Assembly (NCBI GenBank): GCA_002269645.1
Contig: NIVC01000100.1
Location: 806,001-870,000, forward strand
Reading direction: 5' to 3'
Length of the DNA: 64,000 nt
Origin: Macrostomum lignano
Taxonomy: Eukaryota
Below the pieces are notes generated by a model. That model saw only the letters and a list, made by a program, of their open reading frames with translations, was not told where the DNA came from and did not search any database. This document shows, piece after piece, positions 1-12,701 of this stretch (positions are counted from its first letter, which is position 1; every line of letters begins with the position of its first letter). A program made the translations under genes and the position numbers.

Positions 1-55
1 AGAATAGTTGTACCTTCTATATTACGTTAACTACTAAAAAATTAATATACTTCAG

Positions 56-3000
56 GCCTCTGCAGCGAATTTAACAAGCATGGCCTACAATTTCCTTCTC
101 GTTGGCGGCGTAAGTAAACGACACTTAAATGCATAAATATGGTGTAACACAGTAAATACAAACGCGTGAAACTGCCCTGCCAAGATTCAGGAAAGTCCAT
201 AGTAGAGTGATCGCAGAACAATTTTAGTGCCAACTTAGGCAGCAATATATAGTGTTTTGGGGGCGAAAGCGCCTGTATAATGCTTAGTTGATAGCGGATC
301 TATTAAGTGACCTTAGCGAGCAAAATTGGGTTGGCGATTAAACTGGACTGATCTAGATGACAGTTCCCGGTTCCATAGTCGGTTCCGGTTTTTTAACAGA
401 ACGATTTGAAACGAGGAATCTAGGCATAATGAAAACTGGGGAAGACCGGCAGATGAACAACTTTCATCAGTTCACTCAACTCTCTCTGGTGCTTTTTATG
501 AAGTTCTGGTGCTTTCAGAAGCGTACGAGCCGTACACAGGCTTTTTTAGGGTCAGGCAATGAGCCAGCATCAGGGGCGCTAAAAAGAGGATCGCCAGCAC
601 CAACCAGCGCCAGACCCTTACAGATTCAAACTATTTACTATTTATGTCTTTATACAGAATTTAAGCACTGATCGGTTCTGATTAAACATTCAAATTATTT
701 TAGCCTCCGGTAAAGCTAGAAAAAACCTTTTACACTGGTAAAGAGAGGAGAGAGGAGAGAGGAGACAGAAGAGAAGAGAGCGGAGAGAGGAAAGAGGAGA
801 GAGGAGAGAGGGGAGAGTAGAGAGGAGAGAGGAGAGAGAAGAGAGGAGAAAGGAAAGAGAAGAGAGGAGAGAGAGGAGGAGAGAGAAAAGAGTAGAGAGA
901 ATAGAGGAGAGAAAAGATATAAAAGAGGAGAAAATGAAAGAGTAGAGAGGAGAAAGAAGAGAGAAGAGCGGAGAGAGCAGAAACGAGAGAGAAGAGAGGA
1001 GAAAGGAGAGATAATAGAGGAGAGAGGAGTGGGGAGAGAAGTTTCAAAGGAGCCGATCGACGTAGAGAAGGGCAGAGGCCAGAGGCCAGAGTTTTCCAAC
1101 GCATGCCTTTGACAGACGTTGCCTATCATTTTGCGCGGCGCCCCAGCCGAAGAAATCAATGCTTGCCTGAAATCTTAATTTAACATGAATTTACTCCCGT
1201 TTTTGTTTACCTCTATCCTAAGTATTAACAAGTTTTTGTTTGTTTGAGTATGATTTCAGATTTTAGAACTCATGCAAAAATAATTCCGGGGATTCAAATT
1301 CGACGGGTTCCAAATCCTCGGGTTTCAACAGCTTGTTACTAATCTAAAACCGTTCTACAAATCTTGCAGATGAATCGAACCTACTTCAGGGAGCACGTTG
1401 CTTCGCGGCTCTACTCGGGCGTGAACTTCACCTCGCATCAATTCGATGGAGTCAGCTTTATAGACGATCCAGTGTCGCAGAAAGTGAGCTGACTAATATG
1501 AAATGTGTTGACTGAGGTTGTTTTACTAACGATTGGGTCGTTGAAGTGGGTGGGTAGCTGAGTAGTTACGCGTCCGGCTCTCGCATCAGAGTCCTCTGTG
1601 CACAGAAATCGGCGCCTGGGATTTTAATGCCATTCTCGACGACCATGAGGACCAAGCCCGAAAACAGAGAGTGTAAATGCCTGACGATGGGAATGTCAGG
1701 GCTGCGGTACACCCTGTGGGATCGTGTGCGTGCTGAGGGATCGACAGTTCAAGCACAATTGCAGCTAGATTCGTCGCTGGCAACGGATCGCCTGCTGACT
1801 TTGATTTAGAGAGCGGTGCCTAAAGCTACCATTCGAGCCTCAGAAAGATTGACAGAGAAATGCTTTGCTGGAATAGACGTCGAAAAAGCTCATAACTAAC
1901 TCTGACTGGCTTTAACTGGCTCTGGCTTTTACTAATGGTAAATTTACCGAAAACTGCAGCTGTAGATGCATCAAATTCTGTTTGCGAACGTGCTCTGTTG
2001 GGACAGTAATGCAGTTAATCTGCGTGAACAGATAGGAATCTTTAGTTCATTAGCAAATTGTTCATTAATTGTAGGCTTCAATTTTGCTCTTTATTCATCG
2101 CAAATTTATGTCTTATTGACAAGCGGCAAATAGCTAATACAGAAAATATCAGATGAATTTTGCAGTAAACCTGAAGGTAAAGTATTACTCGCTCCGTAAT
2201 TCACGCGATCAGCAAAGTTGACACAGCACAAACTAATCGATTTATGACTCCATTATTAAATGTTTTTCAATCTGTCTATTTGCTTTCACTATGCAAATTA
2301 CAGATCGAACTGACTAGGACTGAAGCTATCAATCGACTACTGCGAGACGCTTATGCAGAGTGGAACCGCAGCCTCGGGCAGACCCGGCTCGCACTGACCG
2401 TTCGTAACAGCAGCTCGACTAGCGACGACATCCGCGTGCTCAACAACTGTCACATCCGCCTTGGTGATAATACATCCGAGTTTTATCTGCGACTTGATGT
2501 AAGCAGTGCGCAATTTCCGGTAAATCTTTACACCTTAAACGGAGTTCAGAACCGCTACAAATTAACTTGCAGAGCAACATCAAACGCCGAGTTGGAGTAG
2601 TGACAGTAGGAGGCAGTTCTGTGTACAACTTCAGCTTCTGCGTCAACCACATGTACACGGATACGGCGCCTAAGGTCAGCTGTTCCTGATTTAATTTTTT
2701 TACGCGCTAGATTTATCTTTCATAATGATCAGGCAAATAGCCTCGCTAGCCCAGGGCCTAATCCGAGGCCACTGGTCCATCAGTCTGTCCGTCAATTCAG
2801 TCAATCAAGTCCAAGCTAAACCAAGTTTACTTGCATCAATCAGCACGATAATACTCGTATGGTCATTGCCAGTTGGTGCAGCACATTCTAATCCAGCATC
2901 GATACTGCAGCGCCCTCGTTATCTCCTCGCCAAGTCGCCACACCTTTTTCTTTCTTCGAAATCGCGTTTTCAGACTCCGGAGATCAGCGATGGAGTTGTA

Positions 3001-6000
3001 AAAGTACGAACCGCATTTCTTTTCCTCGAAATATTGTCCATACAAAGCATTTATTGTTTATTTTGCTGATCGAACAGACTTTGACGTAACTTCCTCGGTA
3101 CTTTTCATTTCCACGAAAATTTCATTATTTCTGCATGCTGAACCGTTTAATCCCTAACGACGTGTATTTGCTGTGGGATCGGTGTTTTTGTTTGTTCGCG
3201 CTCTCAGCACAAGTAATTGGCATACATTAGTTCCTTCTCTAATGTGGATTGATTGTACCAGGCATAAGGGGATATTATCTCGTAATATTTCTAGTATGTG
3301 CATGCAAGTTCGCTCGAGCTCACCCCAAAGGCAGCAGTGCACGCTTCCAATGTTTAGCGATTGCTTCTCCAAAGAGAGCAAAAACCATTAAGCCTTAAGT
3401 CTCATGGCGCTGAGCAGGGCAAACATTTGCTTAGCTGACGATGGTATATAAAAGCCTTTCTAAAGCACACACATGGCTCATCAGGAACTGACTTATTCAT
3501 ACTTTTGGCGCATAGCTGTTCTTGGACACCAGGGCCAATACAAAGTATAACTAAGTATATCCAAAATTTTCCTAAAAATCTGTGATTCTGTCTAAAATTT
3601 AAAGATAACAGACGATTTTCAGAACTTACCTTAACATTATACATTTATCGTAATTCTTATTAAGTTGATTAAGGAAAAGACAGCACTAAAAGAAACATAC
3701 GATTAATTTTTATGGTTCAATTGCTAAGATATTTTGCACTCCAGTAATTTTGATTTGTAATAAATTAAAACAACGCAGGTGTAATTTTTTCTTTTGCGCT
3801 TTGTAATTCATCGAATATTTATGGCGTTGATAAGCCAGTTTTATGATAGTTGCTCTTTCTCACACATGTTTCTATCTATCATTATCAAAATTGTTGAAGA
3901 GTAATTATTTTGACAATTTTATAGCGAAGCCAAACAACTCAAAATATTTCTGCAGTTTGCCACATGGACAGCTGATCAAGGCTTCAAGCTGACACCGGGC
4001 GCTCAGTACAAGCACAGAAAGTACTACGAAGACCTTCTGAACGACATGAACCTCACTGTCGTGACCGTTGTCGACCCGCCCTTCAGTTTTCAACGAGATT
4101 TCGACGAGGATGGCAATAGACTGACTGGAAACGACCGCTGGACAGGGTTCTCAATTGAGCTGTTTAAACAGGTGGCCAAGAAGATCAACTGTAGGTGAGT
4201 TATGGCGACAGCCCTTGCCTACCCAGTATTTCAAGGCAGTGGAGAATTTTATCCAAAAGTGGTTTTATTGGGTTCCTATTCGTATTAAAGAATACTAAAT
4301 TAGTTATCCAGCTAGCAAAGTCTCAAGGATCTTTCAGAATATTTAATTGGGCTTTTAGCAATCACGTGAAATTCGAGCACACTTTAAAATTTGGGGGTAA
4401 GCAAACCATCCTCAGATAAACAAACTACGGCAAAAGTACATATCAAAATATTTGCTGAAGTGCACTTAACAGCTTCTTGTCGTCACTTAAAATTCGTTTT
4501 GCTCATTCATTTTTAAACTTTAATTCAATCAAAAGGACGTCAATCTTAGAGTACTCAGAATTGTTAATCTGAGGCCTAGTTTTGATTCCCTAGCGAGAAG
4601 TTGGAGCCTTGAGGTCATTTATTTAGTATTCCGCTCCAGCCATTCAGTTTTTATAGTAAGAATTCTATCAAATTCACAAAAATAATGAACTTGATGATCG
4701 TTTACGATATGAATTTATCAATTCTGACGATACTGCAAAGCAGTTATCAATTAGTTTGTCATAAAATTTCTTTGACGAAGTATCAAAGATCGTAAACATA
4801 TTTTATGCAGACCTGCGTGACGCAAAAAAAAATTATCAGATGGCCACTCCAGCTTCAGCACCGGGATGGAAAATGAATGGGCGGATCTGTACTGCCTCTC
4901 GTGAAGTTAATAATTATGAATAAATAAAAATAATTTATCTTCTGGGTCAGCGACTTGCAGTTATGGCCCTATCGAGCGTTGGAATATATATGATTTTTTT
5001 CTGAGCGTAAACTAAATATTGAGCGGTACACTCGTACTTTTAAAATCCCAACTACTTCAGTAAGTCCCAGTTTCTTCTTGAATGCATTGCACCAAATCCT
5101 GGTGCTGGCGCCCCTGGTGCTGGCGCCCCTGGTGCTCGCGCCCCTGGTGCTCGCGCCCCTGGTGCTCGCGCCCCTGGTGCTCGCGCCCCTGGTGCTCGCG
5201 CCCCTGGTGCTAAAACCCCTGGTGCTGGCGCCCCTGGTGCTAAAACCCCTGGTGCTAAAACCCCTGGTGCTAAAACCCCTGGTGCTAAAACCCCTGGTGC
5301 TAAAACCCCTGGTGCTAAAACCCCTGGTGCTAAAACCCCTGGTGCTAAAACCCCTGGTGCTAAAACCCCTGGTGCTAAAACCCCTGGTGCTAAAACCCCT
5401 GGTGCTAAAACCCCTGGTGCTAAAACCCCTGGTGCTAAAACCCCTGGTGCTAAAACCCCTGGTGCTAAAACCCCTGGTGCTAAAACCCCTGGTGCTAAAA
5501 CCCCTGGTGCTAAAACCCCTGGTGCTAAAACCCCTGGTGCTAAAACCCCTGGTGCTAAAACCCCTGGTGCTAAAACCCCTGGTGCTAAAACCCCTGGTGC
5601 TAAAACCCCTGGTGCTAAAACCCCTGGTGCTAAAACCCCTGGTGCTAAAACCCCTGGTGCTAAAACCCCTGGTGCTAAAACCCCTGGTGCTAAAACCCCT
5701 GGTGCTAAAACCCCTGGTGCTAAAACCCCTGGTGCTAAAACCCCTGGTGCTGGCGCCCCTGGTGCTAAAACCCCTGGTGCTAAAACCCCTGGTGCTAAAA
5801 CCCCTGGTGCTAAAACCCCTGGTGCTAAAACCCCTGGTGCTAAAACCCCTGGTGCTAAAACCCCTGGTGCTGGCGCCCCTGGTGCTAAAACCCCTGGTGC
5901 TAAAACCCCTGGTGCTAAAACCCCTGGTGCTAAAACCCCTGGTGCTAAAACCCCTGGTGCTAAAACCCCTGGTGCTAAAACCCCTGGTGCTAAAACCCCT

Positions 6001-9000
6001 GGTGCTAAAACCCCTGGTGCTAAAACCCCTGGTGCTAAAACCCCTGGTGCTAAAACCCCTGGTGCTAAAACCCCTGGTGCTAAAACCCCTGGTGCTAAAA
6101 CCCCTGGTGCTAAAACCCCTGGTGCTAAAACCCCTGGTGCTAAAACCCCTGGTGCTAAAGGCCCTGGTGCTAAAACCCCTGGTGCTAAAACCCCTGGTGC
6201 TAAAACCCCTGGTGCTAAAACCCCTGGTGCTAAAACCCCTGGTGCTAAAACCCCTGGTGCTAAAACCCCTGGTGCTAAAACCCCTGGTGCTAAAACCCCT
6301 GGTGCTAAAACCCCTGGTGCTAAAACCCCTGGTGCTAAAACCCCTGGTGCTAAAACCCCTGGTGCTAAAACCCCTGGTGCTAAAACCCCTGGTGCTAAAA
6401 CCCCTGGTGCTAAAACCCCTGGTGCTAAAACCCCTGGTGCTAAAACCCCTGGTGCTAAAACCCCTGGTGCTAAAACCCCTGGTGCTAAAACCCCTGGTGC
6501 TAAAGGCCCTGGTGCTAAAACCCCTGGTGCTAAAACCCCTGGTGCTAAAACCCCTGGTGCTGGCGCCCCTGGTGCTAAAACCCCTGGTGCTAAAACCCCT
6601 GGTGCTAAAACCCCTGGTGCTAAAACCCCTGGTGCTAAAACCCCTGGTGCTAAAGGCCCTGGTGCTAAAACCCCTGGTGCTAAAGGCCCTGGTGCTAAAA
6701 CCCCTGGTGCTAAAACCCCTGGTGCTAAAACCCCTGGTGCTAAAACCCCTGGTGCTAAAACCCCTGGTGCTAAAACCCCTGGTGCTAAAACCCCTGGTGC
6801 TAAAACCCCTGGTGCTAAAACCCCTGGTGCTAAAACCCCTGGTGCTAAAACCCCTGGTGCTAAAGGCCCTGGTGCTAAAACCCCTGGTGCTAAAACCCCT
6901 GGTGCTAAAACCCCTGGTGCTAAAACCCCTGGTGCTAAAACCCCTGGTGCTAAAACCCCTGGTGCTAAAACCCCTGGTGCTAAAGGCCCTGGTGCTAAAA
7001 CCCCTGGTGCTAAAGGCCCTGGTGCTAAAACCCCTGGTGCTAAAACCCCTGGTGCTAAAACCCCTGGTGCTAAAACCCCTGGTGCTAAAACCCCTGGTGC
7101 TAAAGGCCCTGGTGCTAAAACCCCTGGTGCTAAAGGCCCTGGTGCTAAAACCCCTGGTGCTAAAGGCCCTGGTGCTAAAACCCCTGGTGCTAAAGGCCCT
7201 GGTGCTAAAACCCCTGGTGCTAAAGGCCCTGGTGCTAAAACCCCTGGTGCTAAAGGCCCTGGTGCTAAAACCCCTGGTGCTAAAGGCCCTGGTGCTAAAA
7301 CCCCTGGTGCTAAAGGCCCTGGTGCTAAAACCCCTGGTGCTAAAGGCCCTGGTGCTAAAACCCCTGGTGCTAAAGGCCCTGGTGCTAAAGCGCTGTTTCA
7401 AGCTAAGGTTGAAAACTGTCAACAGCGAGTCGCCCTCACACTTAAACAGATACACAATCCGGTTGAGTCGCGACGGCCAGTTCGGCAGTCCATCCGTGGA
7501 CAAAGCCGGCAACACGGTGTGGAGCGGCACAGTTGGCGAGTTGATCGCTGGTACAGCCGATGTCGCAGTGGCTTCTTTGGTTATTACCTACGACAGAGAG
7601 ATGGTGAGAATTAGTTTTGCAACGAATATTTTAGCAGTAAATGTGACTGTGAGCAAGCATTTTTATGTGTATCCACTTATTTGGGTATTTTAGAATACTA
7701 GGCTGTTTAACGACCCCGGCTATCTAGGCTACAACCCCAGGGAGGGGGGGGGGGTTGAAACCTAGTGGTCAGAGCGTCGGACTCATAAAGGTCGGGGGTT
7801 CTTTTCTCGACCGACTCGGAAGAATTTGTCTCCTTGAGCAAGTCACTTTACTCTGAATCGCTTCAGTTCACCCAGCTGTAAAATGGGTGCCAGCATTAGC
7901 TGCGGTTATTGAGGCTGTGTGGTGACCCCCCAGTCCTTGGACTGAACAGCCGTACGCAGCCTTCAGATGCGACGCGCAATAGCTGCGGCTGAGCTGTCGG
8001 TTGCACATCTGCCATTAGGGCAGGTGTATTCAGTTGATATTAATTAGAATACTGTGAAATTCTCAACCTCAAATCTGTCAGCTAACGAAAATTAGAATCG
8101 AACACCTTGAAGGACTTCATCTGGAGCTGTTCCAGTCTTTGTCAGTTCGGTAAAGGCTGTTTGAGAAATGAGACGAAAATATTCTGTCTGTATAGTCTAG
8201 CTCGTACATGTAGCTGTGCTAGACTGTTAGCATGAAATTTACAGTTTTCTTTCGGTGTGTAGCATAGATTGAGAGCAGGGCGTAAGAGTGTTTATAAATT
8301 GGTAAACTTTCTGGGACACTCGTTCTACATTTACTCTGGGACACTCTGGGACACTCGATGTCAAATTCAAGTCTTGCTTGTCCCTCAATCGAGTTTCACA
8401 TTCAGAAATGATTCAGTCGCTACACTTATTACAGTTTAATTTAATATCCTAAATAGTTCTAGCCTAGTAAGATCATAACTTACGCACCATCTACCAAACG
8501 GTTACGCTCTGTAAACATTTAAGGTTATCGACTTCACTACGCCTTACATGAGTCTGGGCCTGAGTCTAATTATGAAGAAGACTGAACAGGAACAAGATCT
8601 ATTCCAGTTTCTTCTGCCATTCAGCACAAGAGTGTGGGCCTACATGATGCTGGCTTGGCTGCTTGCCAGTTTAGTGATGTACTTCTGCGCCAGGATCAGC
8701 CCCTACGAGTGGTATTCGCAGAGTGCTTGTGTACCAGTAGTGGAGAATCAGTTCAATGCCTTTAACAGCCTCTGGTTTACCATTGGATCTTTGATGCAAC
8801 AAGGTATGCCTCGCTATAGTTAATAGCCTTTTAGAGATTCATTTTTAATTTGTTTAGCGCCCGTAAAGATCAACCATAGAGTGTACATTCCCATCGATGA
8901 ATATCATTACGGCTGTACACGATGTGTAAATATAGGCATTACTCATTTACATCCGTGTTTTTGACTGGCACTTTGATTTATCACAGGTACGAAACTCTCT

Positions 9001-12000
9001 GGCTACCAGCTAAAAGGCACTATATTAAATATCAAACGTCTTAAGCTATGAATAAAATGCACGATAAACAATTCTAGGCTCCGACCTCGCACCCAGAGCA
9101 TCGTCAACTCGTATGGTGGGCACAGTGTGGTGGTTCTTCACGCTCATTCTGATCAGCTCCTACACAGCTAACCTGGCCGCCTTCCTCACCGTGACCCGAC
9201 TAAACGCTGTGGACAGTTTGGACGCGCTGGCCGCTCAGAGCAAGATCAAGTATGGCTGCGCTACGGGGGAGCAATGTTCAACTTCTTTAAGGTGATTTTA
9301 CAGAGTGCAATGATGGCGAGAATGTGGTGCTGGAAGTGGTGCTATGCTGCTCTGGCAGCCATAAGCTAAGTAAATCGAGACAATTATTTTATCTTGGATT
9401 GTAAGCTAGGATTTTACGGTGTTTCACTATTTTGTTTTAAGCCGTGAACGTGAAGAAGAACAAGTTTTAAAGCGACGTAACTGCTACAAGCCTGCTAAAT
9501 TTTAATTTTTCTGCCTCTTACGTATTTGAATAGGCCAGTGACCCTAATTTATTTGTTTACTTTATAGACATAGTTGTGTAGCCTTCCATGGTTTTTGGCG
9601 TAAGTTTTCAGCAATTATCAAGAGGAAGCCAACTAAGAGTGTCCGTTGAGCACTTATAAGACCCTTTCAACGCTTTTACACAGACATAAACAGATGGTTT
9701 ACATAGCGGTCCTAGTTAGGGCTATAGTATGGTGAAACCGAACTAGTACGCATTCCCGCGATCTTCTTTGGAGCCACCAGCTGTTTGACCTTCATAAGTT
9801 GACTTACGCCGAGCGATGCTAGAAATGCGTCTGTCAAGCCGAAGCCGAGGTTGTTCTCCTAGTCTCTGACTCCTTTGGACCTCGCCTGAGCGTCGAACAC
9901 TTCTATCCAGGCTCGCAGTTCGTCCAAATTTTCCAGAGGCAGTTGATCTCGTATCTTAATAGACATTCTGGTCGTATGCAGGCATGCGCCATCCTGCTTG
10001 CGACACCAAATGAAAGTCAATAGCTTTAGCACTCAGTAGTTACAAAAGTTTATTGAAGTCAAGCTTAGATCAGAAACACATTTAATAAGCATCGCAGCAT
10101 AGCATTGGGGTGGGTGACAGAGATAAGGCATGCACGATGGAATAGAGAATGAGCAACGATGTACATAGAGTACGCAAACCCTCACCAGACCAAGAACCCA
10201 CCCCAAGCACTGACTCCAGAGCCCACAGTCCATAACAGATCAGAGTCAGTCAGAGTCCAACAGAAAGTGTTGACAATCCTATTCTACAAATCACAAAGCT
10301 CTGTTTAACAAAGGTCCATGAGAAGGATTAAGGACTATCGTTAAGCTTGCTGCGTACTTTACCGCCGTTAAGTAACTTTCATTGTTGTGCCTGCAAACCA
10401 ACATTCACCCCAACAGAACTCAAAGATACCAGTCTACCGCAGAATGTGGGAATCGATGGTGCTGTGGAACGCCACAAATGAATCATTTGTTAAGAAAACC
10501 ATCGAAGGCATCACTAAAGTGAGAAAGGGCGGCTATGCCTACGTGATCGAGTCGACGTTCAATCAGTATTACAGGGAGAGAGACTGCAACCTCACCCAGA
10601 TCGGAGGCATCTTCAATCCGAGTAGTTACGCGTTCGCTGTGCAACAGGGAGGTGAGTGTTGCTGCTTGCTCATAGTAGCTAAGAACCAATTTTACGAGAG
10701 ATTTATGATTACAAGGGACTAGTTGCAAAAACTAAATTTGAGTATGCTGGTCCAATGAATATTTTATTAAAACTTTAGAGAAGTCTTGACATAGCTGAGA
10801 AACGTAGTTTGTGGTTTAAAACTTTGCCTTTTCAAATTGTCATCGCAAATAACTCATCTATGTAGTTTTCAAGAAGCATGTCCCTTTGCCAAAGACCGCG
10901 GGATTCGGTTTCATAAAACACGTGTTTAACAAATTACAAGTTGAACAGTGATAATTCTGATTTACACCATCTGACCTTTGGCAATTTGTATTGCCACTTC
11001 TAGTTGACACATTGTCACTTGTCCCTTGTACTGGCTTGATGAACCAGACCTAGATTATGGAATGCTTTCGATTCAGAATTTTTTGAGTTTCACAAGTTTA
11101 AGAGCAATCACCCGTCATGCATGCGCTTTTCAAAGATCTAGATGGTGATGAAGTTGATAAAACGATTTCATGGCTTCATTTTAGTGATTTTTGTCCTCTT
11201 TTATGGCAATTAAAAATTCAATGAATTTCAGCCAACCTTCTAAAAGACAAACTAAGCGAGGCTATTCTTCAGCTGCACAAGGAGCAACTGATCGAAGGTC
11301 TGACAGACCGATGGCTGAAGAGATTCAACATATCAGGCAAGCCTTGCAGCGAGACCGTGTCAGACCAGTCCAACATGGGCACACTGGATGTTGACTCGGT
11401 TGGCGGGGTGTTCGTCACCCTGCTGCTGGGCCTGGCTCTGGCCCTGATTCTCTGCATCGCCGAACTCATCTATCGGTCCTGCGTGCTGGCCTCAAGGAAC
11501 AAGGTTTGACTTGCTCTTTTTTCAAGAAATTTAGAAACTCTTCCATAGTTGTCTTTCGTTTTCTTTCGGTATGTCACGTAGCTACAGATCAGGTATGATG
11601 CTATCAAATAGAAGTCAATTAAAGCGATGAGATCCCCGCATCCATCTTTGGGCTTAAGCCTCATGTGTGTGCGTACATGAAGCAGCGCACGGAACGAACT
11701 ACTGGGTCTTTGACGCTAGGAGGGGCGCTTTCATTAGGCCGAAATTTCACTTTGCCGAAAAGCAGCCTCTTTCACTAGGCCGAAACTTCACTATGCCGAA
11801 ACTTCACTTTGCCGAAATGACTAGCACGCTCTTTCATAAGGCCGAAACTTCGCTAGGCCGAAAAATCATTTTAGCAGCCTCTTTCACTAGGCCGAAACTA
11901 GGCCGAAAAATCATTTTAGCAGCCTCTTTCACTAGGCCGAAACTTCACATTGCCGAAAAAGTGCCTAGTGAAGTTTCGGCCTAGTGAAGGAGGCTGCTAA

Positions 12001-12701
12001 AATGATTTTTCGGCAATGTGAAGTTTCAGCCTAGTGAAGTTTCGGCCTTATGAAAGAGCGTGCTAGTCATTTCGGCAAAGTGAAGTTTCGGCCTAGTGAA
12101 GTTTCGGCCTTGTGAAGGAAGATGCTTTCGCCAAAGTGAAATTTCGGCCTAGTGAAACCCCCCACGCTAGAGCCAATCATGTTATAACTGAGCAACTTTG
12201 GCCTCTTGTCTTCCATATACTGTCTAAACCACAAGATTTTATATTACCTAGATGGGCCACTCCACCCGTCTCGGAGCAGCGGCGCCAGAGTCCCGGAGTT
12301 AAGACCATAGACTGTAGCTTCTGCTGCTCTCAAGCATTGGCAGCAGCTAGTGTCTATGGTCTAAACTCCGGAGTTTTTGAGGCCTCAGAGACGGCCTTTA
12401 ACTACATTTGTATTGTAAATTATAAACTAATAATAGCATAATTTACAATCGCTGCCTACTAATAGTAGCTCTTTAACAAACCTGAAATTTCCAAATCCTA
12501 ACTTCTCTGCAGCAAACTTCTTTCAAGCAGCTCTGCGCTGCCCAAATCAGACTGGCAATCAATCTGTGCACCAACAAGAAGCCAGAACCTGCCGAGCAGG
12601 CGGAGCCACTCAACAACCGAGTCCGGGTCGACAACAGCTCCTATACTCTCGACCTGGCTGAAAAGCGGGCGCCACTTTGCATCGAAGCCGATGGACTGTA
12701 A
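56..12701 (+). CDS. Ionotropic glutamate receptor, non-NMDA (kainate/AMPA-like) subunit; 5' end outside window; apparent 1-nt frameshift at 9265-9269
   Basis: GT-AG exons: 56-109, 1370-1483, 1590-1670 (weaker donor), 2304-2498, 2573-2674, 3956-4194, 7450-7603, 8524-8803, 9078-9291, 10417-10651, 11232-11503, 12513-12701. Phases join except after 9291. Motifs: YSGVNFT (ATD), [12 protein letters not shown] and [19 protein letters not shown] (S1), [14 protein letters not shown] (M2), [11 protein letters not shown] (M3), YAYVIEST (S2), [11 protein letters not shown] (M4). Confidence 0.93.
730..1075. repeat. Purine-rich (GA/GGAGA) low-complexity tract
   Basis: Degenerate gagaggaga run in an iGluR intron; source of the LSPL-type ORFs. 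Confidence 0.9.
5098..7390. repeat. 15-bp minisatellite (CCCCTGGTGCTAAAA), about 150 units, in iGluR intron 4195-7449
   Basis: Directly visible period of 15 with variants ..GCTGGCG, ..GCTCGCG and ..GCTAAAGG. Confidence 0.98.
7753..8035 (+). mobile_element. tRNA-derived SINE with CORE-like central domain, copy 1
   Basis: A-box-like CCTAGTGGTCAGAGCG head, then CCTTGAGCAAGTCACTT..CACCCAGCTGTAAAATGGG; the 3' half is nearly identical to the copy at 15981. Confidence 0.8.
9740..10237 (-). mobile_element. Truncated Gypsy-type LTR retrotransposon: 5' LTR (10011-10237), PBS and gag N-terminal fragment with an in-frame stop
   Basis: Minus strand: TGTTATGG...TTTCA with AATAAA, then TT and TGGTGTCGCAAGCAGGAT (PBS-like), then [35 protein letters not shown]...[22 protein letters not shown], which resembles Gypsy gag N-termini. 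Confidence 0.65.
11720..12163. mobile_element. Foldback/MITE-like element with long modular inverted repeats
   Basis: Left arm is built of TAGGCCGAAACTTCAC modules and right arm of the reverse complement GTGAAGTTTCGGCCTA; flanked by the direct repeat ACGCTAG at 11713-11719 and 12164-12170. Confidence 0.8.

Noticed and set aside
4969-7693. 853-aa and 871-aa ORFs (RGFST / LVLKP repeats); the + ORF runs in frame into an iGluR exon
   Set aside because: They are stop-free readings of a 15-bp array. Only 7450-7603 is a real exon, with its own acceptor and matching phase.
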